Shown: piece by piece, positions 19,298 to 28,743 of the stretch
Numbering within the stretch: position 1 is the stretch's first letter
Layout: each line of letters begins with the position of its first letter
NCBI GenBank assembly: GCA_964424595.1
Contig: CAYRIW010000004.1
Span: 9,206-73,205 of the forward strand
Length of the DNA stretch: 64,000 nt
Direction of reading: 5' to 3'
Source: an uncultured Erysipelotrichaceae bacterium
GTDB lineage: Bacteria; Bacillota_I; Bacilli_A; Erysipelotrichales; Erysipelotrichaceae
Translations under genes and position numbers: made by a program
Notes under the pieces: model-generated
Told to the model about the DNA's origin: nothing
What the model saw: the letters and a program-made list of their open reading frames with translations, nothing else
Database searches by the model: none

Positions 19298-19852
19298 ATG
19301 AAAAACACAAGAATTGTTACCTTAATTGGTATCATGACCGCTCTATCATTCGTATTGTATTTGATTGAAATTCCGGTTGGATTTTTGTTTCCGAGTGCTC
19401 CATTCTTACAATTAGATTTTAGTGATGTGCCTGCGATCCTATTAAGCATTGCTTATGGACCCATTGTTGGTACGATCATCAATCTATTTAAGAATGTATT
19501 GCACTTTATTTTTAAGTCGCAAACACCTGCGGCATCCGGTGAGATTGCGAACTTCTTTGCTGGTTTAGCACTCTATTTACCAATCTCTGTGTATTATTTC
19601 TACATCATCAAGAATAAGAAATTCCAACTTGTACCCAATCTGCTCTTATTTGGACTGGGCGTTGCTATGATGGTTGGGGTCATGGTCTTGATCAATTTTA
19701 CCATCACCTTACCTTTGTATGGTTTCACAGGCGATGCGGAGAAATGGGCCTTTGTATCGGCAATTACACCTTTCAACATTATGAAGGGAACCTTATTATC
19801 AATTATTACGATGCTTTTGTATCCACGTTTAGCAAAATTCCTTGTTAAGTAA
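19298..19852 (+). CDS. ribU: Riboflavin transporter RibU (ECF S-component)
   Basis: 184-aa protein with ~5-6 TM segments, directly downstream of the FMN riboswitch. RBS is AAAGGAGG. Confidence 0.85.
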   Translation: MKNTRIVTLIGIMTALSFVLYLIEIPVGFLFPSAPFLQLDFSDVPAILLSIAYGPIVGTIINLFKNVLHFIFKSQTPAASGEIANFFAGLALYLPISVYYFYIIKNKKFQLVPNLLLFGLGVAMMVGVMVLINFTITLPLYGFTGDAEKWAFVSAITPFNIMKGTLLSIITMLLYPRLAKFLVK

Positions 19853-19864
19853 AAGCTTTACTTT

Positions 19865-19891
19865 TTGATGAACGTAGCGCTATGTTATAAT
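19865..19891 (+). promoter_or_regulatory. Candidate promoter for the hypothetical-cmk-der-gpsA transcription unit
   Basis: TTGATG (19865-19870), 15-nt spacer, extended -10 TGTTATAAT (19883-19891). Confidence 0.5.
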
Positions 19892-19906
19892 GTGTGAGAG
19901 GTAAAT

Positions 19907-20593
19907 ATGGAAACCCTATCACGTGTCAAAAAATATCAAGCGCTCCGCAATGAAATTGAAAATGACCGCGAAGAAGAACTGGTTTCACCAGCTCTTTCTT
20001 CATATGCGGAAAGATTGAATAAAATCGATCCTTTGTTGTCGAAGCAATCCACTCAGGGAAGAAATGAGCGTTATGAAGCTCTTCATTTTAGACGTGAACA
20101 AGCAATCAACACAAAAGATGAGTTCGTAGACAAACAATTGGAAACCGACTATATTCAAGAATTTCTCGAAGAAGTACGTAACTACAATCTATCCAAAGGA
20201 TATCGTAAGGAGTTCGATACGGAGTTGGATATTCTTAAGAAACATGGTCTAGTTGGCTTGACTGCAAGCGAAGCAATCAAACCGCTTAGAGATGACTCGC
20301 CTGTTAATGATGATTTGTTGCTTCAGATCAAGACTTTGATTGAAAATGATTTTGAAGAAGCTGAGGAAGCAAGTAATTCAATTGAGCCTGAGGAATTGAC
20401 TCAAGTATTAGAGGAGACGCAAAAATTGCGAATCCAATTGAGTGATTATGAAAAAGAGCTCGTTAATATGAATGAGTCGGTTTTATCATCGCATCGTGTA
20501 TTGAACATGGTGGTATTTTTCTTGGTTTTGGTTTTGATCGTTATGCTTGGCTTTGCGATTTATTGGGTCTTATATTCTAAAGGATATTATTAA
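19907..20593 (+). CDS. Hypothetical tail-anchored membrane protein with an acidic, coiled-coil-like cytoplasmic part
   Basis: 228 aa, Glu/Asp/Lys rich, with a single C-terminal TM 'VLNMVVFFLVLVLIVMLGFAIYWVLY'. RBS is GAGAGG. No recognisable catalytic motif. Confidence 0.6.
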   Translation: METLSRVKKYQALRNEIENDREEELVSPALSSYAERLNKIDPLLSKQSTQGRNERYEALHFRREQAINTKDEFVDKQLETDYIQEFLEEVRNYNLSKGYRKEFDTELDILKKHGLVGLTASEAIKPLRDDSPVNDDLLLQIKTLIENDFEEAEEASNSIEPEELTQVLEETQKLRIQLSDYEKELVNMNESVLSSHRVLNMVVFFLVLVLIVMLGFAIYWVLYSKGYY

Positions 20594-21270
20594 TGAAAAT
20601 AAATATTGCGATTGATGGTCCGAGTGCTTCGGGTAAGAGTACGATAGCGAAAGCATTGGCCAAACGTTTAAATTATACACACATCGATACAGGTTCGATG
20701 TATCGAGCTTGTGCCTATTTGGCTTTAAAACATGATTTGAAACCTGATGATGAAGGACTTGTTGAATTGGTTAATAAAAGTCATTTTGGATTTAATGAAA
20801 GTGGGCATATTTTACTAAATGGTAAAGATATCGATGCAAAGATACGTTCTAAGCACGTAGATTTGTTGACATCCACAATTGCTCAGAATCAGGCGATTCG
20901 ATCAACTTTAGTTGGGATCCAACGACAGATGGCCAATTCAAAAGGCTTTATTTTGGATGGACGTGACATTGGTTCTGTCGTTTTGAAGGATGCGGAGCTA
21001 AAAGTGTTTCAAACCGCGAGCATTGAATCACGTGCGAAACGACGTTTAGCTGAGTACCAAATAAAAGGTATTGATGTCGATTATCAAACAATTTATGATG
21101 AAATTAAGTTGCGTGACCTGCAAGATCGATCACGCGAACATTCGCCTTTGATTCAAACATTGGATGCAAAGGTGTTGGATACTTCTGATTTGACGATAGA
21201 ACAAAGCGTCGATCAGGTCTATGTATGGGCTTTAAAGCTCATTGAAGAAAGAGGGGATACAAATGATTGA
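20593..21270 (+). CDS. cmk: Cytidylate kinase
   Basis: P-loop '[13 protein letters not shown]' and 'DGRDIGSVV'. 225 aa. Confidence 0.93.
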   Translation: MKINIAIDGPSASGKSTIAKALAKRLNYTHIDTGSMYRACAYLALKHDLKPDDEGLVELVNKSHFGFNESGHILLNGKDIDAKIRSKHVDLLTSTIAQNQAIRSTLVGIQRQMANSKGFILDGRDIGSVVLKDAELKVFQTASIESRAKRRLAEYQIKGIDVDYQTIYDEIKLRDLQDRSREHSPLIQTLDAKVLDTSDLTIEQSVDQVYVWALKLIEERGDTND

Positions 21271-22570
21271 TGGAGTTGTAGCGATCGTTGGTCGCCCTAA
21301 TGTAGGTAAATCGACAATCTTTAACCGAATTATCGGTGAACGATTGTCGATCGTAGAGGATTCACCCGGTGTCACACGTGATCGTATTTATGCGAAAGCG
21401 AATTGGTTGACGAAAGATTTTCGTTTGATTGATACAGGTGGAATCCAAGTTGAGAACGCGACATTCCAAGAAGAAATACGTGTTCAGGTTGATATTGCGA
21501 TTGATGAAGCCGATGTGATTCTTTTCATTGTCAATGGTAAAGATGGTGTCACCGATGATGATCGATTCATCGCACGTATGTTAAGGAATACAAGCAAACC
21601 AATCATTTGTGCTGTAAACAAGACAGACAATCAAGATCAAGTCCACAGTATCTATGATTTTTATTCCTTGGGTTTAGATGAGATCATTCCAGTCAGTGGT
21701 GTGCATGGCATCGGTATTGGGGATGTTTTGGACAGCCTCATCAGTAAGTTTCCTAAGAAGACAGTAAAAGATAAAGAAGGACAGATTAAATTCGCCATTA
21801 TTGGACGTCCGAATGTGGGTAAGTCATCCTTGGTCAATGCTATTTTAAATCAGGAACGCGTCATCGTTTCAGATATCGAAGGCACGACACGTGATGCCAT
21901 TGATACTGTATTCAAAAATGAGGGAAATGATTATGTCGTTATTGATACCGCTGGTATTCGCAAACGTGGCAAAGTGTATGAAAATATCGAGAAGTACGCT
22001 GTTTTGCGTGCGATGCAAGCAATTGAACGTGCGGATGTCATATTATTTGTCATTGATGGTTTAAGTGGTATTCGTGAACAAGATAAGCATGTGGCTGGAT
22101 ATGCCCATGAAGCAGGAAAACCGATCTTGATCGTATACAACAAATGGGATGTCATCACTAAAGATGAGTCCAGTATGATTCGCATCACTGAACAAATTCG
22201 TGCAGAGTTTCTCTATCTCTCTTTTGCACCGATTGTGTTCGTTTCTGCAAAAACAAAACAAAGAGTCAATCAACTCATACCAATGATCAATCGACTCTAT
22301 GAATACAGTAATCTGAGAATACAAACGAGTATCTTGAACGAAGTCATTATGGATGCCCAATTGGTCACGCCACCACCTTCACACCAAGGTCAGCGTTTAA
22401 AGATTCTATATGCCGCACAGGTATCTGTTGCGCCACCTACCATCGTTTTATTTGTAAACGATCCAAAATTACTGCATTTTTCGTATCGTCGCTATTTGGA
22501 AAATCGTTTAAGAGAAGCCTTCGTTTTTGAAGGAACACCGATTCGCATTATTGCGCGATTAAAGGAGTGA
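21263..22570 (+). CDS. der: Ribosome-associated GTPase Der/EngA
   Basis: Two tandem G domains ('GRPNVGKST' twice, 'DTGG'/'DTAG', 'NKTD'/'NKWD') plus a KH-like C-terminus. The ATG at 21263 has GAGGGG upstream. Confidence 0.95.
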   Translation: MIDGVVAIVGRPNVGKSTIFNRIIGERLSIVEDSPGVTRDRIYAKANWLTKDFRLIDTGGIQVENATFQEEIRVQVDIAIDEADVILFIVNGKDGVTDDDRFIARMLRNTSKPIICAVNKTDNQDQVHSIYDFYSLGLDEIIPVSGVHGIGIGDVLDSLISKFPKKTVKDKEGQIKFAIIGRPNVGKSSLVNAILNQERVIVSDIEGTTRDAIDTVFKNEGNDYVVIDTAGIRKRGKVYENIEKYAVLRAMQAIERADVILFVIDGLSGIREQDKHVAGYAHEAGKPILIVYNKWDVITKDESSMIRITEQIRAEFLYLSFAPIVFVSAKTKQRVNQLIPMINRLYEYSNLRIQTSILNEVIMDAQLVTPPPSHQGQRLKILYAAQVSVAPPTIVLFVNDPKLLHFSYRRYLENRLREAFVFEGTPIRIIARLKE

Positions 22571-22574
22571 TTTC

Positions 22575-23573
22575 ATGAAAGTCGCAATCATTGGAAGTGG
22601 AAGTTGGGGTACTGCACTAGCGCAAGTTCTTGCAGATAACAAACAAGATGTGATGGTCTGGGGTCGTAATCTTGATGAATTGGTGGACATCCAAGTCCAT
22701 CATCAGAATGAGAAGTATTTTCCAGGTGTTTTCATCCACGAAGGGATACAAGCCAGCATGGATATCCACGCATTATCAGATGCTGAGGTATTTTTACTTG
22801 CGATTCCTTCTGAAGCCATAGAAGATGTTTGTGAGACGCTAAATGAAGTTCTAGACCATCCTGTCATCATTATCAATGTCTCTAAAGGTTTTCATCCTAC
22901 AACACATCAAAGATTGTCTGTCTTTATCAAAGAGAAAGTCAGACCTGAGATCTTAAAAGATGTCGTGTCTTTGATTGGACCTTCACACGCGGAAGAAGTC
23001 ATCATGCGTCTTCCTACGATCGTAAATGCAGTATGTGAAAATGAAGCCAGTTCAATCTTCATTCAAGAATTATTCTCGAATGCCTACTTCCGTGTTTATC
23101 GCAATACCGATGTGGTTGGTGCTGAAATCGGCGTTGCAGTCAAGAACATCATTGCATTAGCCAGTGGGATGATTCATGGTTTGGGCTATGGGGATAATGC
23201 GAGAGCTGCTTTGATCACACGAGGTTTGGCTGAAATGACGCGATATGGTGTATTCTATGGAGCTAAACCGGAAACGTTCCTTGGACTGACTGGAGTAGGG
23301 GATTTGGTCGTAACCTGTACGAGTGTCCATTCACGTAACTTTCAAGCGGGTTTAATGATTGGTAAAAACAATTCCGCTAAGCCATTTTGGGACAATAACA
23401 CAAAAACAGTCGAAGGCGTAAAGGCCGCAAAGATTGTCTATGAAGAATCAGTAAAACATCACATCTATATGCCGATTACAGCGGCTGTTTATCATATCAT
23501 TTATGAGAATCAAGCGCCTACGGATTTGGCAGTCAGTTTAATGCAAAAAGAGCTTAAATCGGAGGAAGTATAG
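22575..23573 (+). CDS. gpsA: NAD(P)H-dependent glycerol-3-phosphate dehydrogenase
   Basis: 'IGSGSWGTALA' Rossmann motif. 332 aa. Conserved der-gpsA pairing. Confidence 0.93.
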   Translation: MKVAIIGSGSWGTALAQVLADNKQDVMVWGRNLDELVDIQVHHQNEKYFPGVFIHEGIQASMDIHALSDAEVFLLAIPSEAIEDVCETLNEVLDHPVIIINVSKGFHPTTHQRLSVFIKEKVRPEILKDVVSLIGPSHAEEVIMRLPTIVNAVCENEASSIFIQELFSNAYFRVYRNTDVVGAEIGVAVKNIIALASGMIHGLGYGDNARAALITRGLAEMTRYGVFYGAKPETFLGLTGVGDLVVTCTSVHSRNFQAGLMIGKNNSAKPFWDNNTKTVEGVKAAKIVYEESVKHHIYMPITAAVYHIIYENQAPTDLAVSLMQKELKSEEV

Positions 23574-23638
23574 ACTGGTTGTGTTTCTTGTATTTAAGGG
23601 GTGATAGTGATAAACTTTACTCAATGGAGGAATATAAA

Positions 23639-23923
23639 ATGAATGAAATTTTAAATAAAAAAGGATTGGTTGATCTCGTTGCGGAAGCGAAAGAGATAAG
23701 CAAGAAACAAGCCGCTGAATTGGTTGACTTTGTGTTTGATACCGTTAAAAATGAATTGGCTGAAGGAAATAAAGTCGATATTGCTGGATTCGGAAAATTT
23801 GAAGTAGCAGCACGTCCTGCACGTGAAGGCATCAATCCAAAGACATTGGAAAAGATCCATGTTGCAGCATCTAAGGCTCCTAAATTCAAAGCAGCTAAGG
23901 CATTAAAAGATTCCGTTAAATAA
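23639..23923 (+). CDS. hup: DNA-binding protein HU
   Basis: 94 aa: 'MNEILNKKGLVDLVAEA...GFGKFEVAARPAREGINPKT'. GGAGG upstream of ATG 23639. The ORF-track 5' extension was rejected. Confidence 0.93.
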   Translation: MNEILNKKGLVDLVAEAKEISKKQAAELVDFVFDTVKNELAEGNKVDIAGFGKFEVAARPAREGINPKTLEKIHVAASKAPKFKAAKALKDSVK

Positions 23924-23925
23924 AG

Positions 23926-24594
23926 ATGGAGACAATTGTTTATTTAATTGCGATTGGGCTCACATTTTGGGCTCAATATAAAGTTAAAGGAGCTTATTCG
24001 CATTTCAGCACGGTACCCACAAACAATCGCATGAATGGAGCCGCTGTTGCACGTCGCATTTTGGATTCTAAAGGATTATATGATGTACCGGTTCAAATGA
24101 GCCAAAAGGGTGTATTAAGTGATCATTTCGATCCAAAAGCAAATACTGTGAATTTATCGCCTAAAGTATACAACGAGTCCAGCATTGCTTCAGTTGCGGT
24201 TGCAGCTCATGAAGTTGGTCATGCAATTCAATATGCAGAACAATATTCATTTATTGGACTAAGAAACACATTACTTCCGATTGCCATCGTCTCCGGTCAT
24301 TTAGGTTGGGTTGTGGCTTTCATTGGTTTGATTTCTGGTTTTGATGCCATATTCTATCTAGGATTGGCGATGCTTCTTGTGATTGCTGCGTTTCAGTTTG
24401 TTACCTTACCGATTGAGTTTGATGCTTCCAAGCGCGCTTTAGTCAATCTTGAAGAAGGTGGTTTTGTAGATTTAGATGAAAGAGCGGATGCCAAGTCGAT
24501 GCTTAGTGCCGCCGCAATGACATATATTGCTGCTTTTGTCGCCACTCTTTTACAGATTTATCGACTTATATTGATGTCAAATCGTAGACGTTAA
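23926..24594 (+). CDS. Membrane zinc metallopeptidase (Zn_peptidase_2 / YugP-like family)
   Basis: 222 aa with 'HEVGHAIQ' and flanking TM segments. Confidence 0.8.
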   Translation: METIVYLIAIGLTFWAQYKVKGAYSHFSTVPTNNRMNGAAVARRILDSKGLYDVPVQMSQKGVLSDHFDPKANTVNLSPKVYNESSIASVAVAAHEVGHAIQYAEQYSFIGLRNTLLPIAIVSGHLGWVVAFIGLISGFDAIFYLGLAMLLVIAAFQFVTLPIEFDASKRALVNLEEGGFVDLDERADAKSMLSAAAMTYIAAFVATLLQIYRLILMSNRRR

Positions 24595-24618
24595 GATCCA
24601 TTCGTGGATCTTTTTTTT
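24594..24618 (+). terminator. Intrinsic terminator
   Basis: AGATCCA / TGGATCT stem with a TTCG tetraloop and T8. Confidence 0.88.
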
Positions 24619-24732
24619 GAATCTATGTTTATTAAAGTGTAGCATTTAGCTTAATGTACGCATGAGTGATCTATATTTAAAGTCTATTTGAATACTTTTA
24701 GGAATATCGATTGATGAGCCGTATCAATAGGT

Positions 24733-25107
24733 ATGGCTCATTTTCATATCAATGATTTAAATCAAACGCCTATCTATCAGATATGTACATCAAACGATGC
24801 ACATATCTTTGGCTTGAAAGAAGGTCAGGTTCTTGTTCACCTCGACCCTGCATTTATGCAAAGAGATAATGGCCTTCTTGTCGGGATTGATCCAAGATTC
24901 AAGAATTTTTACATTGTCGATCAAGATCATCGGGTCGTTCAAAAACTTAATATCGAATGGAATGAGTGTAATTTTCAAGACTCTCCAATCCCAACAGAAT
25001 CAGTTTCTAACAGTGAAACAAAGGTTCCGATATTCTGGATAAGTTTTATTTTGGTGTTTTCAATCTTATTTATGCTCAAAAGGGGGATGCGATGCAAACG
25101 TTATTAA
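24733..25107 (+). CDS. Hypothetical small tail-anchored protein
   Basis: 124-aa ORF with a C-terminal TM 'IFWISFILVFSILFML' followed by a basic tail. Weak or no SD (TAGGT). 16-nt overlap with the next ORF. Coding status is not certain. Confidence 0.4.
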   Translation: MAHFHINDLNQTPIYQICTSNDAHIFGLKEGQVLVHLDPAFMQRDNGLLVGIDPRFKNFYIVDQDHRVVQKLNIEWNECNFQDSPIPTESVSNSETKVPIFWISFILVFSILFMLKRGMRCKRY

Positions 25108-26591
25108 GATGGCTAAAGTATATCTTCATTATTTATACGCTTCATACTACTTTGATTCAAACAAAAGCTTATGTTGATGTGACGGTTTCTAAAAAAGATC
25201 TATCTTTTGAAGTGTTAAGTATTGAAACAAGCCAAAATGAGCTCATCGTTAAAGGTTGGGCTTTTATTAGCTATAAACAACACTTCAATAACGCATCCGA
25301 TCACACAACATATCTTGAATTCTTCAATATTAATGATCAGTTTAGGGTTCAAGCAAACTTAACGAATATATCTCAATCTCAAATGATGACCTATTTTGGA
25401 TCCCCGACATGTTCGAGTAATTCGACTTTTCAGATGCCTGAAGTGTGTAATTATAGTTACGAACAAGTAGGCTTTGAGCTGAAAGTACCTTTAGATCGAT
25501 TCAAAGCAGGGGATAGCTATCAGACAAACATCATCGTACAAGCCCACACAGCAGGAATCAGTTATAAGACAGCCTTATACTATCCTTTACAAAATGATTT
25601 AATACTATCTTCTGCCAGTCGTGAAACAATCGTAAGTTCAAGATTGGACACTACTGAACTTAAAATCAATGCTACGACCGTGTTGGCTCGTAAACAAGCT
25701 CAGAAACAAAGTGAATATTGGTTTTATGGTAGTAATTGCTCCACAACGTATCGGAATCAATTATTCTTTCAAGTAAATACAATTTATCGAAGAATTTATG
25801 AAAAAGTCATAAATGAGAACACTTCATATTATCGTGTCGGTGGCAATCTTAATGTTTGTTATGACGCAAGACGTAGGATCACCGAAGGAACGCTCATACA
25901 ACCTGTATGGATTGCGAGCCCATATGTTCTTTATAGTGGCACACCGCTTCAAATAAAAGTGAATCTTAAAAATCAGGCTCCATACTTTATTAAAGAAGAA
26001 ATTAATATTTATCAAGGTGAAACATTTGTATTAACTGATCATGTGCAAGCAATTGACCCAGAAGAAGGGGATATATCGCATCGAATCGTCGAAATATCTA
26101 GTGATTTAGATCGATTTACGATTGGAAGATACACGATAAATATCCAAGTTTCTGATAATGAAGGACTAAGTTCTAATGCGAGTGTATTTGTGAATGTGCT
26201 CACAAAGCCTAATAATGCACCGATCATCAATGCAAGCGATCTTAAGATACAGCAATTCAGCAATTTTGATGGATTGAACTATGTTCGTGCTTATGATGAC
26301 GAGGATGGTGATTTGACAGATAAAGTATTATTATTGAATATGATTGATACAAGTTTGTTAAATGATCAAGAACTGTGTTACTACGTTGAAGACTCAAAAT
26401 ACTTGAGTACGACAAAATGCATTATCGTAAGTATATACAGTTATCTAGAACTAATGAATAAAGTACGATATATCTCAAAGAACAATATGTTCTATAATGA
26501 ATCAATGCCAACCAATTGGATAAGTAAACAAATGGACTTAGAATATGCTATTCTAAACGAAACTGCTCTTGAAATATATGGTATAAATTAA
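25092..26591 (+). CDS. Hypothetical secreted/surface protein with two C-terminal Ig-like (DUF5011-type) repeats
   Basis: 499 aa. N-terminal hydrophobic signal/anchor 'LKYIFIIYTLHTTLIQTKA'. Two repeats with the 'A.D.E(E/D)GD(I/L)(S/T)..(I/V)' signature: 'AIDPEEGDISHRIV...YTINIQVSDNEGL' and 'AYDDEDGDLTDKVL'. Strong SD (AAGGGGGA). The N-terminal ~300 aa have no motif I recognise. Confidence 0.7.
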   Translation: MQTLLRWLKYIFIIYTLHTTLIQTKAYVDVTVSKKDLSFEVLSIETSQNELIVKGWAFISYKQHFNNASDHTTYLEFFNINDQFRVQANLTNISQSQMMTYFGSPTCSSNSTFQMPEVCNYSYEQVGFELKVPLDRFKAGDSYQTNIIVQAHTAGISYKTALYYPLQNDLILSSASRETIVSSRLDTTELKINATTVLARKQAQKQSEYWFYGSNCSTTYRNQLFFQVNTIYRRIYEKVINENTSYYRVGGNLNVCYDARRRITEGTLIQPVWIASPYVLYSGTPLQIKVNLKNQAPYFIKEEINIYQGETFVLTDHVQAIDPEEGDISHRIVEISSDLDRFTIGRYTINIQVSDNEGLSSNASVFVNVLTKPNNAPIINASDLKIQQFSNFDGLNYVRAYDDEDGDLTDKVLLLNMIDTSLLNDQELCYYVEDSKYLSTTKCIIVSIYSYLELMNKVRYISKNNMFYNESMPTNWISKQMDLEYAILNETALEIYGIN

Positions 26592-26634
26592 CTACGCATA
26601 ATGTATACTATGTAATATATAGATGTCATAATTT

Positions 26635-26657
26635 AAGGGAGTTTGGGCTCCCTTTTG
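26635..26657 (+). terminator. Intrinsic terminator between convergent genes
   Basis: AAGGGAG / CTCCCTT stem with a 6-nt loop and a T-rich tail (TTTTGTTATTTT) that abuts the deoB stop. Confidence 0.6.
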
Positions 26658-27836
26658 TTATTTTAGATCTTTTAAGTATGATTTACCGTATTTAGGTTGT
26701 TTGACATTAAAGTTATCTGCGATTGTTTTACCGATGGATGCGAATGTATCCCCAACCAACAATCCAGATCCTTGATGACTCTTGCTGTATAGCAACAAAG
26801 GAATCATTTCACGTGTATGGTCTGTTCCTGCGAAGATTGGATCATTACCGTGATCAGCCGTTAGAATCAATAGATCATCTTCTCTTAGTTCATTCATGAG
26901 TTCACCAAGCTGAACATCGAAGCTCTCGATTTCCTTGGCATATCCAATCGGATCGCGTCGATGACCCCATAGTGCATCAAAATCCACTAAATTCACGAAA
27001 CAAAGTCCATTGAAATCTGTTTTAGCAGTTTCAATTGTTTTTACCATGCCATCATGATTGCTCTTGGTCTTGATTGCTTTGGTGACACCTTCACCATCAA
27101 AAATATCATTGATCTTACCGATGCTGATTACATCATACCCACTTTCCTTTAGTTCATCCAGTGTCGTACGTCCAAATGGCTTCAAAGCATAGTCATGACG
27201 ATTGCTTGTTCGTTTGAACTCCCCTTTTCGAGCACCTAAGAATGGACGGGCAATGATACGACCTACTTTCCATTCATCTTTCATGGTTAATTCACGAGCA
27301 ATCTCGCAACAACGATATAATTCATCCAAACCGAACGTTTCTTCATGAGCGGCAATTTGTAATACAGAGTCTGCAGAGGTATAGACAATCATAGCGTTGG
27401 TACGAATGTGTTCTTCACCCAACTCATCCAAGATTTCAGTACCACTTGCGGATTTGTTGCCAATGATGTCATGTCCACAGCGTTCTTTCAAGGCATCCAA
27501 CAACTCAGCTGGGAAACCCGTATCTGTAAATGTTTGAAAAGGTTTATCGATGTAAAGACCCATGATCTCCCAATGACCCGTCATTGTATCCTTTCCTAGA
27601 CTCTTTTCACTTAACTTCGTGAAATAAGCTTTAGGCTGTGATACAGGCTCCAAATTGGTCAACGGATGAAGATTGACGATACCAAGCTTTTGCAAGTTAG
27701 GAATATTCAAGCCATTATTTGCTTTTGCGATGTGGCCTAAGGTATCCGAACCCACATCCCCATAATCTTGTGCATCAGAAGATGCCCCTACCCCTACGCT
27801 ATCCAAAACGACTGTAAAGATTCTACGATAGTTCAT
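26658..27836 (-). CDS. deoB: Phosphopentomutase
   Basis: '[17 protein letters not shown]...' and 'LTADHGNDP' metal-binding motifs. Start at 27836 has AAGGAG upstream, within the 3' end of xerD. Confidence 0.93.
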   Translation of the reverse strand: MNYRRIFTVVLDSVGVGASSDAQDYGDVGSDTLGHIAKANNGLNIPNLQKLGIVNLHPLTNLEPVSQPKAYFTKLSEKSLGKDTMTGHWEIMGLYIDKPFQTFTDTGFPAELLDALKERCGHDIIGNKSASGTEILDELGEEHIRTNAMIVYTSADSVLQIAAHEETFGLDELYRCCEIARELTMKDEWKVGRIIARPFLGARKGEFKRTSNRHDYALKPFGRTTLDELKESGYDVISIGKINDIFDGEGVTKAIKTKSNHDGMVKTIETAKTDFNGLCFVNLVDFDALWGHRRDPIGYAKEIESFDVQLGELMNELREDDLLILTADHGNDPIFAGTDHTREMIPLLLYSKSHQGSGLLVGDTFASIGKTIADNFNVKQPKYGKSYLKDLK

Positions 27837-27840
27837 AATT

Positions 27841-28743
27841 TCATTCTCCTTTTTTATCATTCATCGGATGGAATTTTTGATAAGCTTCTTGCATCCGTTT
27901 CTTCTCGATGTGTGTATAGATTTGAGTTGTGGAGATATCCGCATGTCCAAGTAGTTCTTGAACGACTCTTAGATCCGCACCACCATTTAATAGACTCGTT
28001 GCGAAACTATGTCTCAATTTATGTGGAGATATTTCCATATCCATGCCCAACGCTTGGCTTCTTTTCTTTAACATCGTGTAGACATATTGGCGTGTTATGG
28101 CTTTGCCATTGGGTTTGATGAAAACGCGATTTGATTTTGTCTTCAACCATACATAACGATCCAATTCTAAATAGCGTTTCAAATTATCTACAGTTATGGA
28201 TGCCATGGGAACCATGCGTTCCTTATTTCCCTTACCTAAGACACGAAGATAAGCTTGATCAAGATAGACTTGGCTGAGCGTCAGCTCTACAAGCTCGCTC
28301 ACACGTAATCCACATGAATATAATACATCAATCATCGCTAAATGAAAGTGTTCATGCTTGAGATTCTCTTCATGGAGCAAGTTGTCAATTTGACCCTGAT
28401 CAATGGTTTTTGGATAACGATGTAGTTTTCTTATTTTCTGAATATGCGAAGCTGGGTTCTCTTTAAGTTGATAGTACTGTTTTAAAAAACGATGAAAATT
28501 GATGATGCTCGTTTTGGCTCGCAAAACACTTGCATTCGCATATTCATCGTTCAGTGTTTGTAGATAGGTATTGATTTGCTCAGACTTCACTTGGTCAAGC
28601 GCTATATCCTCTTTTAAGAAATACGCAGAATAAGCTTTCAAGTCGCGAAGATAGGCTTGGATCGTGTTTTTGGATTTACGATCGACATACTCAAGCTGTT
28701 TCGTGTAAGCTTCGATTGCGCTGTTCCAATCAAACATCGACAT
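27841..28743 (-). CDS. xerD: Tyrosine recombinase XerD (chromosome dimer resolution)
   Basis: 300 aa with catalytic 'GLRVSEL', 'HKLRHSFAT' and '[14 protein letters not shown]'. xerD-deoB and recN neighbours as in Bacillus. No flanking repeats or phage genes. Confidence 0.88.
   Translation of the reverse strand: MSMFDWNSAIEAYTKQLEYVDRKSKNTIQAYLRDLKAYSAYFLKEDIALDQVKSEQINTYLQTLNDEYANASVLRAKTSIINFHRFLKQYYQLKENPASHIQKIRKLHRYPKTIDQGQIDNLLHEENLKHEHFHLAMIDVLYSCGLRVSELVELTLSQVYLDQAYLRVLGKGNKERMVPMASITVDNLKRYLELDRYVWLKTKSNRVFIKPNGKAITRQYVYTMLKKRSQALGMDMEISPHKLRHSFATSLLNGGADLRVVQELLGHADISTTQIYTHIEKKRMQEAYQKFHPMNDKKGE

Noticed and set aside
27841-28743. Tyrosine recombinase as a possible phage/ICE integrase marking a mobile element
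   Set aside because: The size (300 aa), the full R-H-R-Y XerD-type motifs, tight operon packing with recN and deoB as in Bacillus, and the lack of att-like repeats, tRNA or phage genes all point to the chromosomal XerD.
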